The notes under the pieces: generated by a model
The model's input: the letters and a program-made list of their open reading frames with translations, nothing else
Database searches by the model: none
What the model was told of the DNA's origin: nothing
Translations under genes and position numbers: made by a program
Shown: piece after piece, positions 27,901 through 43,077 of the stretch
How the letters are laid out: every line of letters begins with the position of its first letter
Numbering within the stretch: position 1 is the stretch's first letter
Source of the DNA: the human T2T-CHM13v2.0 reference genome, Homo sapiens
Assembly (NCBI RefSeq): GCF_009914755.1
Contig: NC_060931.1
Strand: one strand, 5' to 3'
DNA: 64,000 nucleotides

Positions 27901-30900
27901 ATGACAGCAGCATGAGGCTATTTTCATCACTCATCTGTGGAGGAGTTGACCATCCCTCCCATACTACTACAGAAATGGATCTGCTCCATTCTAAACCCCA
28001 CTGTGTTCCAATTCACTTGATTTGATGTACTTAATCATTTTTTCCGAATTTTGCTTATGTGTGGACTTGTGGAAAGTTACAGGTATATACATTGTACTAG
28101 ACTCAGAGTATGATCTTCATCATTCAGTAATTTTGCATTTTTCCTTTTGTTAAAGTGCTAAGGTTGCGAGGAAATCCAGAAATCCTAGGAAAAGCTAACT
28201 TACGTAATTTTTGATTGTTAAATTTTATAGTCCATATTTTATAAATTATTTAGAGTTGGGTTCTAAGTATCTTTGGGCTTCAATTAAAAATTTGGACTGA
28301 AAGTTGTACTACACAATATTTAGCTCACAGTGATCAGTAGGAGTACTAAGACACATGGCATTCTATAAAGTTCCTTTAGTCCCCTTTCTCTCTGGACTAC
28401 GTAATTAACATGAACTTTTCAAAACTGTAATTTAAACAGCTATACACAGCTACATTTGGTCATCAAATCTTCTCAGGCATCTTCTAGCAGGAAGAAAAAC
28501 AAATGTTTTCTGGAAGTGCTATGATACAGTTACACTGAGCTATATTACAGTACTTAATGAGAGGAATTATGCTACTAAATAAGATAAATTATATATCATA
28601 GTCATTTGAAGAGTTAATCAATACAATCACCCAAATAGTCACATTCATCAGAATTTATTGGCTTAATTAATTTAAGAGCTTACATAAATAGATGGTTCCA
28701 CATCAAGTGCTTCAACAGAATTCCGTTTACTCTGGGATGAAATACAGCTCCTGTGTTGATCTCTCCAGCTTTGCCCTCCATCACACTAAGGAAGCTTATG
28801 AGTTCTAATCTCAAGTTAGTCCCTCGTGGAGCCTTGCAACGCTCTTTTTGGGTGAGCCCTTTGAGTGGCTTTTTCTTTCTTTCTTTCTATTCTTAAGTCT
28901 TGGTTATCTCACACTTTTTTCTCTGAGGGGTCTTCACACTTCCAATCTGTCCTGCAAATTATCAGCCAAATAGCTTGCCAGCCACACTGCTGTGACTACA
29001 TTACACCCTCTAATGATTCTCTGTGGTTCTCCTGATCAAGCATGCATTCACGTCTGTTGTGTTTTAGAGACATTCCGCCATCTGCCCCCACTTGACACAC
29101 CTTGTCTAGCAAGTCCATTTTCTATCCTCTATTTGCAACCAGAAAAGGTGCAAAAGACCCCATGGACTGGAAGAGGATGACTCTGTGCCTTTATCAACTC
29201 TTAAGGACTAGGCTAAAAACCAACTTCAATTTGTAAATTTTCTTGCTTAAAACAATGATTACTGCCTCTCTTTCTGTACTCCTACTGCTTGGGATTTCTT
29301 TCAGATTCATAAAAATAAAAAGAAAGTATAGTTATACCACATATTCCACAGACAGTTATTACAAGATCACAGTGTGCAAACAAGTCTACTGGGTAATGGG
29401 GAAATTATGAAATAGCTTAAATATAACTATATTTGACTTTGGAATCTTGCCAGGATGAGTAAGACCAAATGACTTACACATTCTATATTTATCACACGAA
29501 AACAAGCACCAGTAAACACAGTGTAAAATTTTGACCCACTGATGGAGATTGTGGATTGATGAAGTGACTAGAGATGGCACAGTTCATAAAGGAAAACATT
29601 TCTAAGGCAGTGAAATCTGAACAATATTTGGAGAGAACTGAAGCTAAGTGCTTGGAAATGAGGAAGAGCAATATAAATGTAGGAGACTGGTCTATGTGGG
29701 AAGGCTTTGAAGCAGAATCTAATCCAAAGAATTAATCATCACCATTAAACTTTTCCAAAACTTCCCACTCTATCCTCTATGAACCCCATGTAAAAACACA
29801 AAAACTTTGAACCGTAAAGACTAGCCTAAGGCCTACAGCTGAGTAAATCACAGTCTGACCCTTTAATCTTCATAGTTGTCTGCTAGGAGATCACAGGAAA
29901 AGAATCCTAGGGAGAATGAAATTTCAGCAATGGAGGAAGTGCTCTATAAGTTGGTCAGAAGTGGTTCTCTTCCACCTTGGGAACCACACATGTATTAGGA
30001 ACTCCCAGCCCATTTCATCAACAGTTAGCATTTATGAAAAGTTGCTCAGGGCTGTCTCAGCGTTATTAACATTTGTAAGAATTTGTAATAAAACGTATAT
30101 AGCTGATACAGAAAGCATCATTAGCTTGTTGATTGACAAAGAAAGTGTCTATTAATCAAACCAAATCAAATCATGGTTAATGAATATTTGCAGAAAACAA
30201 GGCAGAGAGTTCTATAAAATGTTCATATCTGACCTGATAAAAAGTTGGTGAGTTTGGGATGGGCCAAGATGGAACTCTGGAACCAGTCAACATACGTTGA
30301 AATTAAAGAACAACGAGAACAAAGATCTTGAAAAAGATAGAAGAATGAGTCTAGCTCACACGTTTCAAACCTGATGGGAAGTTTCTAAAAATCCTATCTT
30401 CAGTTCCATCAGAGAACTACTCAATTGGATGGACAGGGGAAGATATTAGGGTTATTCATTTTTAAAGGTCCCTAATGCTTCTGATGCATTAGTATGTGGG
30501 AACTACTATGTCTGCTCATTCCTGTTTAAAATCCAATATGTAAGAAGAAAGAGTTGATGGTTCAAACCAAATTCTCCTAGTCATATTTGTAACTTGAATT
30601 TACATATAGTTATTTAATTGAAGGTAAACAATATTGGCCCATTGTACCATTTTAATTTGTTTCAAAGAGTTCTTTTTTGTTGTTCATCTCATGCTCTGAG
30701 TTGAAGCAATTATTTAAGTATTTTAAAGAGCCATAAGTAAACCAGACTGGACTCTTTTTTGTTTCATGGTCATCTATGAACAGAGAAGGTAATGAAGTTT
30801 TATGGTAGTGGTTGCCTAATAGAAACCTTTGGGGGTAATATCATCTAGTTTATAAGGTATTTTGACGAGTGTTAGGAGGACCATTTAATTATGATTCAAT

Positions 30901-33099
30901 AAAATACAATTACTGCTCTGAAGAAACACACACACACATACACACAGATTTATACCAATACACCTTAGTATAATTTTACCTAAAATCTAAAAGCAGGTAC
31001 AGATAAACGTTAGTGGGAATTTTGCTCCTATAGAAGGAAGAAAATAGTCTCTAAAATTGAAACATAATTACATTAGGCTACAGATATTATATACAATTTT
31101 CTGATGCCAATGTGGCACAAATAGTCAGTTGATGTGGGCTGGTCTGCATGGATAAAGACATATTGAGTTTTAAAAACAAAACCAACTGGTCATGGCCTCT
31201 CTTCTGATTGGTCAGTGCCTGTGCCTTTGTCACTAAATACTTTGTTAAATACTATAAATAAAACCTCTGGGTTTAATCAACCATTTCTTTATAAGTCCTC
31301 CACTCTTAATTCCCACTGTTTTTATTATAATTTCAAAACAAAACAAGGACCACAAAAATCCCCAAATGACAGGATTGAACTAGAGACTCAAACCTCTCCC
31401 CAATCTAAATCAGCCTATGACTAAAGTTCCAGGTAAAATAATCTAACATTCTTTTACAATGTTGCTTTACTGTTTAAAAATCTATTAGTTATACACTGAT
31501 TATTACATCCAGGGATGAAAGGAAAGAAAATAATACTTATGAATAGCTACTGTGTTCAAGCATGATAATATGGCAATTCAAGTGGGAAGTAAAATCACAT
31601 TTTATGGCATTTGAAATACAGAATCAAAAAGAATTCTTTTCTCCTTGCCCGAAGTTACCAGCTATTTAGTGACAAAGGCAGGATTTCTAGTCCATATTCC
31701 CAGACTCCAAAGTCTATGTTCTCTACATCATATGATAACTTCCAGGCACGAGCATTCTTATGGGCACTTCATAAAAGCTGGTAAAATAAATAAGCTTATG
31801 TTTTACCTAAACCTTTATAATACAGCATTTTCTAAAATATAGTTTTCTTTTTCTTTCAGAGATAATCTATGCTTAAAATATATTAATTCTATGTAGCATA
31901 TTAAAATTTGGAAATAATCAAATGTATGAGTTTGGGAGATGAAACTGCAGTATGAAGAAGACTTTTCATAAATGGATGTTTAATATCTTTGGGGGTTTAT
32001 TCTTCTGTGCAGTGTAATTGTTTTTGACATTTCAGTAATGCTTTTATGGGCAACTTGACCTTTGATGCATTTCTTTTTTCAAACTTGTAGCTTGCTAAAT
32101 TGCCAGAAACATTATATTCACTAGAAAAGTTTAAAAAGTCTAGCTTACAAATCATTGCTCATTGAGATTAAATTTCATCTGATTTATAAATTAACCTTTA
32201 TTTAAAAATACGTAACATCCTGTATGTATGTGCTGTTTTATATCATATTTTTATAATATGTGGCTCAGAACAAATGCAGTAAGTAGGTAAACTTTAGAAG
32301 ACCCTTGGCCGTAGGTGCTTATGAGAAAAATGTTAAAAATATGATGGATAAGCAAATAAAGAAAGAAGAGAAATAAACAGCACTTATACGTGAATGCTTT
32401 TGCCAAAGATCAGCTAGGATACTAAGGAAATCATTACCACATTCACTTACAAACTGACACCTTTACCTCCCAATTCTGTAGTAGTTGGTGAACAGTTTCA
32501 AAGAAGATAACATAAAATCAATTTGAAGATTTTCTATTGCAAAACTGTATCTTCTAGCATCGTATGCCAAGATACTGCTCTCTAGAAGCCATTACAAAAT
32601 CAAAACCACTATTGAACTAGAAAAATCTTAAAAAGGGTTTGGCTTATGTGCACATATTAAAGATGGAATAGAGGCTGCCTATGTGATCAAACAAGGAGAG
32701 AAGATGCAGGCAGAATGAGTTTCATAGATAATGTGCTGAGACTTTTGAAGTCTTTACCCTGAGGGTAAGAATAATAAGCTACTTTGCTTGAGTTTGGATG
32801 GACTTACAAAGCCGGGGGAAAATGGATGAGATGAAATACACAGAATCGAAATAACAGGGGATTTGGAGAGTTAAGATTTTTAGACAAGTTAAGTTACTGG
32901 GAAGTCAATGGAAAGAATACTAATAGAGACCCAAATGGGAGAATCTTGTCAGCTAGTCTTCTGGTATCATGAATTTTTAAAGTGATATATTCTACAGAAT
33001 CAGAAGTATGCAGAAATGCTATGCTTATATGTGACTATAATGTTCCTGAATTCTAATCTGAAAGTCATGAACATAAAATTATAACATGGAACTAATAAT

Positions 33100-33255
33100 T
33101 GCTGACTTTTATTGTGCAATGTTATGTGCCAGGCATTAAGTGTTTTACAGGATTTAGCGGATATAATTTTCCAACAACTCTATGAAGTAGACATGATTAT
33201 TATACCCATATTACAGAGAAATAAAACCATGGAAGTTGATTAATGTCCCCAACTT
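33100..33255 (-). mobile_element. MIR relic
   Basis: tatgtgccaggcattaagtgttttaca..caacaactctatgaagtagacatgattattatacccatattacagag. Confidence 0.7.
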
Positions 33256-33933
33256 TATACTATGCTGTCCCCTCTTAGTGTGAGAGACTAGCTTAATTTA
33301 TTTGTCTTCTCTTGTGATTTTTCAATAATACACTATTGTATGTGGCAAGAAAATATGCGAGAGGTGATCCAGTTTAAGGATTAGGAAATGAGGCCCATAG
33401 TATGGAAAACACTTGCCCAAGGTTACACAAGTTGATGATGGAGTTGGAGATTCAGTGACCATATGACCTGGGGTTTAGGGCTGAGACATCCGTAATTTTT
33501 TTCATGTATGAGGCCAAATTATCGTTACAGAGATGATAGATATTCCTCCACAGCATTGTGCTCAACTATCTAATGCACTAAGGAACACAAATAAATTACA
33601 CTTCTTCCAAGGGCCAGGAGCCTGTGGCTACGTAAGCTGCTTACACTAATTTTTAGAAGCAGGAGATATTATCTCACTTCTACAAGTAAGGAAACTATAC
33701 AGATGAAATATAAAAGTGGCAAATTTCACTCAAACATGCAAAACATACAATGAAATGTTCTTGAAACAAAATAAACAAATGAAAACATTTAGCCAACCAA
33801 GGGTAGAACCAAAGTCAACAATCATTGAATCTAGGTAAATAAAGACACTGAGGCTAAAAAGTTGTGAGACTTTATTAGAGCAGACAATATAGATGTCATG
33901 AGTCCAGAAATTAAGCTATCCAACGTAAATCAA

Positions 33934-34310
33934 TGTATTAGTCCATTGTCACATTACTATAAGGAGATACCCGAGATGGGGTAATTTATAAAGGAAAGAG
34001 GTTTAATTCACTTACAGTTCAGAATGGCTGGGGAGGCCTAAGGAAACTTACAATCATGGTGGAAGGGGAAGCAAACACATCCTTCTTCACATGGTGGCAG
34101 GAAGCAGAAGAATGAGAGCTGAGTAAAGGGGGAAGACCTTATAAAACCATCAGATCATATGAGAACTTACTCACTATAATGAGAATAGGATGAGGGAAAC
34201 TGCCCCCATGATTCAATTACCTCTCAGCAGGTCCCTTTCACAATGTGTGGGGATTATGGGAACTACAATTTAAAATGAGATTTGGTTGAGGACACAGCCA
34301 AAACATATCA
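33934..34310 (-). mobile_element. THE1D-type MaLR solo LTR with perfect 5-bp TSD
   Basis: tgtattagtcc...ggacacagccaaaacatatca. TSD atcaa at 33929-33933 and 34311-34315. Confidence 0.93.
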
Positions 34311-35204
34311 ATCAATAAGATAATAGACATATGTTTGTTGAGATAGGCCAGATATTTTGGTGCATCTGTCAAATATAAAACTAATGGTATTGATAAAAAT
34401 GTACCTCATTGCATTTCTTTAGGGGACATTAGGAATAAGGTAACTCCTGAGAAAGTAGTTCAAACAAAGCCAATTACCAATCCAATGTTGTTTCAAAGAT
34501 ATGGAAAACACTGGTCATTTTTTTGGTAAATACATTTTTTGGAGTATAATGTACTCTCAATAATCTTTAATACATAATAGAACTTTCCACTTGGAAAATG
34601 TTTATCTTAAGAATAACTGTTGACTAGTAGCCAAGATAGCCGACTAGAAGCAGCTAGTATGCTAAGAGCTGTGGCTCTCAGGGAGAGGAACAGAAGGGCA
34701 AGTAAATATAACACCTTGCACTGAAACTTCCAGGTACTTGCATTGGGATTAATCAAGGAAACAACCTGACTCACAGAGAGGGAAGAAAAACAAGACAAGA
34801 CAATGGCTCACCTGGGAGCAACATGGAGCCAGGGGACCATCCCCTGCCCAGGGAAGTGATGAGTGAATAAGCGATCCCGGGAAACCATGCTTCCCCCACA
34901 GATCTTTGCAACCCTTGGGTTAGGAGATCTCTTTGAGAACCCACTCCACCTTCAGTCTTCAGTCCAATATAGCTATGTGGAGTCTTGGCAGAGCAGCCGC
35001 TCAGGCATGTGTGAAGACCCTGGAGCCTTAGATACTTGGGCCTTCTGGCAAAAGTAGCTGCAGCTCCATCAAAGTGGGAGCTTAGACTCCTGTACATACC
35101 CCTAGATAAGAGGCTGAAGCCATGGGGCTGATCCATAACAGCCCACAGACCCCACTTTCATGGCACCTCATATGATAAGACCCACTGGCTTGGAATCCCT
35201 AAGA

Positions 35205-35945
35205 AGGAGCTCTCAGAGAGAGGGGCGGGCTGCCATCTTTGCTGTTTGGGTGCCTTGGCCATTCTAGCCTTTAGGCTTTGGAGATGTGAAAGGGATCCAC
35301 CAGCACAGTATAGCTGTGCTACCAAAATGTGGCCAGACTGCTGCTTTAAACAGGAGCTCAATCCTCTTCCTCCTCACTGGGTGGAACCTCCCAACTGGGA
35401 CCTCCAGCCTCTCCTGCTTGAGCTCTCCAGTTGACAGAGATCTGAATTCCCCCTGGGACTGCACTCCCAGAGGGAAGGGTGGGCCACCATCTTTGCTGTT
35501 GGTGACTTAGCTGTTCCAGCCTTTGGCTATCTGAAGTGACCGGGGGCTGAAGTGGACTGGACCCCCAGCACAGCACAGCTGCTTTATCAAAACATGCCCA
35601 GACTGCTTTTTAAAGCAGGTCCTCATCCTATTCCTCCTCACTGGACAGGACCTCCCAACTAGGGTCTCCAGCCACTTCATGCAGATGCCTTTGGGTGGCA
35701 AAAATGTCCCTACTTCCCTGGGACAAAGCTCCTAGAGGGAGAGAGAGGATGCCATCTTTGCTGTTTCACAGTCTTCACTGGTGATACCTCCAGGTTCCAG
35801 AAAATCCGAGGTGACTAGGGACTGAAGCAGGCCCCAAGCATACAGCAGCAGCCCTATGGAAAAGTGGCCAGACTGTTACATGGGTTCCCGTTCTCATATC
35901 TCCTCACTGGGCAGGTCCTCCAAGCCTGGATCTTCAGCCACCTTG
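35205..35945 (+). repeat. About three ~255-bp degenerate monomers in the L1 5'UTR
   Basis: ccatctttgctgtt recurs near 35233, 35487 and 35752, each followed by ccagactg and cctcactgg..cctcc. Confidence 0.85.
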
Positions 35946-37564
35946 CACTGGAGTTATCAAGCCAGTACCAACTCAGCAACTCCTTTGACAGAGCCTCCAG
36001 GGGCAAATGAAAGCCTCTCTGCCACTGCCTCTGTAGTGGAACAGCCCTTGCCATCCTCAGACTAATGAAGGAGCAAAGACCCTAAGGGCCTTATCCACAC
36101 CTCCAACAAGCTGCAGTTGACCCAAGGAGAGGCGGTCAGTCCAACTCCTGTGGGATCCACACACCCTTCATGGCTTGTCACCAGACAGGGAACTCCTGGC
36201 TTGGGCCCTCAGCACAAACCTTCCATCTTGGGCTGACTACACTGGGCATGACCTGCTGACTGCACTGAGTTGACATGCATCTCTCTGACTCTCAGGAGTC
36301 AAGCAAATGACTTGACCACAACCACTAATAAGATGTCTTCCTCTGTTGCCCCTAAGCTGAAGAAGAAATATAAACACCAAGATTTCCCTAGAGCTTCAGT
36401 GGGCAGCCTAGGAGTGCCAAGTTGTTCTTAACCAGACTCAACTGGCTGAAATGACAGAAATAGAATTCATAATACGGATAGGAACAAAGATACTGAGATT
36501 CAGGAGGATGGCAAACCCCAATCCAAGGAAAATGAGAATCACAGTAAAGCAATACAGGAGCTGAAGGACAGCATAGCCAGTACAAAAAAGAATCTAATGG
36601 GTCAGACAGAGCTGAATAACACAAGAATGTCACAATGCAATCACAAGTATTAACAGCAGAATAAAACAAGCTGAGAAAAGAATCTCAGAACTTGAAGACT
36701 GGTTCTGTGAAATAAGACAGTCAGACAAAAATAAAGAACAACTATTAAAAAGGGATAATCAAAACATCTGCGAAGTATGGGATTATGTGAAGAGGCCAAA
36801 TCTATGAATCAGTGGCATTCCTGAAAGGGAGGGGGAGAAAACAAACAACTTGGAAAATATATTTCAGGATATTGTCAATGAAAATTTCCCCAACCTTGCT
36901 AGAGAGGCCAACAGTCAAATTCAGGAAATTAAGAGAACTCCTGCAAGATTCTTCACAAGAAGATCATCCATCCCCTAGATACATAATCATCAGATTTTCC
37001 AAGGTTGAAATGAAAGAATGTTAAAGGCAGCTAAAGAGTAAGAGAAGGTCACCTACAAAGGAATCTCAGTCAGGCTAAGAATGGACCTCTCAGCTGAAAC
37101 TCTATAAGCCAGAAGAGATTGGGGGCCTATATTCAACATTCTTAAAGAAAAGAAAAAAAAATCTTCAACTAACACTTTCAAATCTAGCCAAACTAAGCTT
37201 CCTAAGTGAAAGAGAAATAAGATGCTTTTCAGATAAGCAAATGTTGAGGGACTTCATTACCACACAAGAGATCTTGAAAGGAGCACTAAATATAGACAGG
37301 AAAGACCACTACCAGCTAATACAAAAACACACTTAAACACACAGACCAGGGTTACTATAAAGCAACCACACAAACAAGCCAACACAATAACCAGCTAACA
37401 GCACAATGATAGGGTCAAATCCATACATATTAATACTAACCTTGAATGTAAATGGGCTAAATAACCCCACTTACAAGGCACAGAGTGGCAAGCTGGATAA
37501 AAAAGCAAGACCCAAAGGTATGCTGTCTTCAAGAGGCCCATTTCAGATATAATGACACTTGTAG

Positions 37565-37932
<368 letters not shown>

Positions 37933-40900
37933 AGGAGTTGCAATCCTAATTTCAGACAAAACAGATTTCAAACCAACAAAGATAAAAAAAAAAGACAAGG
38001 AAGGGCATTATATAATGGTAAAGGTTTCAATTCAATGAGAAGACTTAGCTATCCTAAATATATATGCACTCAACACAGGAACACCCAGATTCATAAAGCA
38101 AGTTCCTAGAGACCTACAAAGAGACATAGACTCCCCACACAATAATAGTGGGAGACTTCAACACTCCACTGACAGTATTAGACAGATCATTGAGGCAGAA
38201 TATCAATAAAGATATTCAGGACCTAAACTCAGCATTGGACCAAATGGACCTGATAGACTATACAGAAATCTCCACCCAAAAGCAACAGAATATACATTCT
38301 TCTCATTGCCACATGGCACATACTCTAAAATTGACCACATAATTGGACATAAAACAGTCCTCAACAAATGTAAAGGAACCAAAATCACACCAAACATACT
38401 CTTGGACCACAGCACAATAAAAATAGAAATCAACACAATGAAAATTGCTGAAACCCAGACAATTACATAGAAATTAAACAACATGCTCCTGAATGGCTTT
38501 TGGGTAAATACTGAAATTAAGGCATAAATCAAGAAGTTATTTGAAAATAATGAGAACAAAGATACAACATGCCAGAATCTCTGGGAAATAGCTAAGGCAG
38601 TGTTAAGAGGAAAATTCATAGCACTAAAATGCCCACATCAAAAAGTTAGGAAGAACTTAAATTAGCAATGTAACTTTACAACTGAAAGAATTAGAGAAGC
38701 AATAGCAAATAAACCCTAAAGCTAGGAGAAGATGAGAAATAACAAAAAATCAGAGCTGAACTGGAGGAAATTAAGACACAAAAAAACATTCAAAAGGTCA
38801 ATGAATCCAGCAGTTTGTTTTTTTGAAAAAAGTAATAAAATAGTTTAGCCACTATCTAGACTAATAGAAGAGAGAAAAGCCAAATAAACCCAATTAGAAA
38901 TGATGAAGGGAATGTTACCACTGATCCCACAGAAATATAAGTATGACCATCAGAAATGACTGCAAACAACCCTATGCACACAAACTCTAAAACCTAGAAG
39001 AGATGGATAAACTCCTGGACATACACACCCTCCCAAAACTGAACCAGGAAAAAAATTGATTCCTTGAAAAGACCAATAATGAGCTCTGAAATTAAATCAG
39101 TAATAAAGAACCTACTAAAAACAACAACAAAAAAGCCCAGGAGGACCTAAAAGATTCATAGGTGAATTCTACCAGATGTATAAAGAGCTGGTATCATTCC
39201 TACAGAAACTCTTCCAAAAGGATTAGGAGGAGGGACTTCTCCCTAACTCATTCTATGAGGCCAGCATCATCTTGACACCCAAACATGGCAGAGACACAAC
39301 AACAACAAAAACTTCAGGCCAATATCCTTGATGAACATCGATGCAACTAACCTTAGCAAAATACTTGCAAACCAAATCCAGCAGCACGTCAAAAACTAAA
39401 TCACCATTATCAAGTAGGCTTCATCCCCAGGATACAAGACTGGTTCAACATATGCAAATCAATAAATGTGATTCATCATATAAACAGAACTAAAGAAAAA
39501 AACCCACGATTATCTCAATAGATTCAGAAAAGTCTTTTGATAAAATTCAACATCCCTTCATCTTAAAAACTCTCAATAATCTAGGTACAAAACCAATGTA
39601 CAAAAATCACCAGCATTCCTATACACCATCAACAACCAAACTGAGAACCAAATCAGAAAGGGAATCCCATTCACAATTGCCACACACACACAAAATACCT
39701 AGGAATACAGCCAACTAGAATGGTGGAAGATCTCTAAAATAATTACAAAACACTGCTCAATGAAATCAGAGAAGACACAAACAAATGGAAAAACATGTCA
39801 TGCTGATGGATAGAAAGAATCAGTATCATTAAAATGGCTATACTGCCCAAAGCAATTTACAGATTCAATGTTATTCCTATCAATCCATCAATAACATTCT
39901 TGACATTCTTCATTCTTCTAGAAAAAATTATTTTAAAATTTATATGAAACCAAAAGAGAGTCCAAATAGCCAAGGAGATCATAAGCAAAAAGAAGAAAGC
40001 TGAGGGCATCACATTCCCCTCTTCAAACTATACTACAAGGCTTCAGTGACCAAAACAGCATGGTACTGATTCCAAAACAGGCACATAGACCAATGGAACA
40101 GAATAGAGAGCCCAGAAATAAGGTTGCACATCTACGACCATCTGATCTTTGACAAGGCTGACAAAAACAAGCAATGGGGAAAAGACTTCCTGTTCAATAA
40201 ATGGTGCTGCAATAACTGGCTAGCCATATGCAGAAGATTGAAGCTGGACCCCTTTCTTATGCCATATACAAAAATCAACTCAACATGGATAAAGACTTAA
40301 ATGTAAAACCCAAAACTATAAAAACCCTGGAAGACAACCTAGGCAATACCATCTTAGACACAGGAATGGGCAAAGATTTCATGACAATGATGTCAATTTT
40401 CACAACAAAAGCAAACATTGACAAATGGGATCTAATTAAACTTAAGAGCTTCTGCAAAGAAAAATAAACTATCAGCAGAGTAAACAAAAAACCTACAGAA
40501 TAGGAGAAAGTATTTGCAAACTATGCATCTGACAAAGATCTAAAATCCAGCATCTATAACGAACTTAAACAAATTTACACAAGAAAAACAAACGACTCCA
40601 TTAAAAAGTGGGCAAAGGACATGAACAGACACTTCTCAAAAGAAGACATACATGTGTCCAACAAGCATATGCAAAAAAGCTCAATATCACTGATCATTAG
40701 AGAAATGCAAATCAAAGCCACAGCGAGGTACCATCTTACACCAGTCAGAATGACTATTATTAAAAAGTTAAAAAATAACAGATGCTGGCAAGGTTGCAGA
40801 GAAAAGGAAATGCTTATACATTGTTGGTAGAAGCGTAAATTAGTTCAACCATTGTGGAAAACAGTATGGTGGTTCCTCAAAGAGCTAAAAGCAGAAGTAC

Positions 40901-41356
40901 CATTTGGTCCAGCAATCCCATTACTGAGTATACACACTGAGGGATATAAAGCATTCTGCCACAGAGATACATGCATGCAAATGTTCACTGCAGCACTTTT
41001 CACAATAGCAAAGCCATGGAATCAACATAAATTCCCATCAATGACAGACTGGATAAAGAAAATGTGATACATATATACCATGGAATATTATGCAGCCATA
41101 AAAAAGAACGAGATCATGTCTCTTGTGGGAACACGGATGGAGCTGGAGGATATCATCCTCAGAAAGCTAATGCAGGAACAGAAAATCAAATACCACATGC
41201 TTTCACCTATAAGTGGGAGCTAAATTATGAGAACTTATGAAAACAAAGAAGGAAATAAGAGACACTGGCGTCCACTTGATGGGAAGGGTGGGAGGAAGGA
41301 GAGGAGCAGAAAAGTTAACTATGGGGTACTGAGCTTAATACCTGGGTAATGTAATA

Positions 41357-41380
41357 TTATACTTTTGCACCAACCTAATA
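41357..41380 (-). mobile_element. Solo Hsmar1/MADE1 terminal inverted repeat fragment inside the L1 3'UTR
   Basis: Minus strand TA-TTAGGTTGGTGCAAAAGTA matches the mariner TIR start and its TA target. It interrupts the L1 3'UTR consensus. Confidence 0.8.
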
Positions 41381-43077
41381 ATGTGTACAACAAAAGTCTG
41401 TGACATGTTTGTCTATATAACAAATCATCACATGTAGGCCCAAACCTAAAATAAAAAAAATTTTAAAAAGAATAACTGTCCGCTATTATTCCTTTTTTAA
41501 AAAATGACACAAACACACCCTAGATATAATCTGGCCTACAAAGTGGGGTTTTCCCTGGAGCTATCTATATGAAGTAGTCCAGGATGTGGCAGGTAAGATA
41601 ATAATCTACATATATTGTAACAAAATTGAATATGTTTGAGAGTTAAACATTCATCTTGGGCCAAATTTTTCATGATTGTGATAATCATTTAGCAAAATTT
41701 GAGATTCAACTCAGTAAATCAATTCCACCATCCATTTGCCTGATACATTTGCATGAACCATTTTCTTCTGGATGGTTTAAAAAGAAAGGACAACTAACTC
41801 CTTTTTTTTTATTGCATTTATTTGTAAATTTTAGTTGTATGTATTATTAAACTGGCAAAATTAAAAGGAGATTTGGAAATATATTTAAGGTAAACAATCC
41901 AAAACACTTTAATAAAAATAATAACTGCTAAGGTATGTAATATCTTTGTTGTAGGCATAAGGCAACTAGTTAGAGATGCAGGCATGTTTCAGAACTCCTG
42001 ATTGTCAAACTTAACTTCAGCCATCATATTCTCATTTGGTTCGGTAGGAAGTTAAGCAGATTTAAATAAAAATATCATTGCTTAGAAAAAGTCTTGAATT
42101 CATGAAGCTTTAGAGGATGAAAAAACTAAATTATGTTTTGAAAGGAAAATCTGGATATTCTAAATACTAGAAGACTAAAATTCTTTGATAAAAGAAAATA
42201 ATAGTTTAAGTTTTGTAGCTAATTTCATTAATCGTCCAAATTCTTCTCTCAAAATGTTTTACAAGGGCTACTAACTTCAAATATCCATTTCAAATATTTG
42301 ATATGAGAGTCTAATTTCCTTTTCCTTTTCAACTTAAAATACTGATGATTTCAGTACTTAAAAGAACCCTCAGCTACACCTTAGGTTTCCGAAAACTAAC
42401 ACTACCAGTGTAAAGTTTTTTTTTTTTTTAATTTAAAAGATTTGAACAGAAGACAAAAGAAAGAAGGCAAAGTAATTCTCATACTTGAATTGGGAATAGA
42501 AACCCTGCCAAAGATAGAAACATCTAAATTAAAAGGAGGCATTTTGAATATAACTTAAGGCAAACAATTAAAATACACTAAAGAATTCACATAATAAAAG
42601 GCTTGGATGGGTTCAGGAAGAATAATCCTTTCCATTAGAATGAAAAATAAGAATGCATACAACATTGGGTGTTCAGTCAATAGGGTTATGGCAAATTTTA
42701 CATGCTGAGAAGTGAGGTTAGGATTCAGAATAACTGGGATATGAAGCATGCCAAACGACTGCCATCTGTGCAGTTACCATATTACTAGGACAAGCACTGT
42801 GGCTTGAGATTTATATAACTATGGGGCTCATTATCTAGTTTCTTCTTCTCGTAGTGACTTGACATGAGAAGAATCTGGACTTGCGGGATGGGGAATCTAA
42901 GAGTGCTTTGCAAAGAGCACCTGTTTTTGAAAGCACTTCTGAAGCAAATTAAATACAATTTTATGAGAACAAGATAGACAAAAAGAGGTAAAGAGATTGT
43001 CCAGAGGTGGCACAGTCCCTGAAGCAGGAATGAAGCAGCATCCTCAGTACATGCAGATAATTTAACTTCAAAAGGGG

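Noticed and set aside
34771-36065. Cluster of short ORFs in a GC-richer region
   Set aside because: L1 5'UTR monomers; CpG-depleted, so neither a CpG island nor coding.
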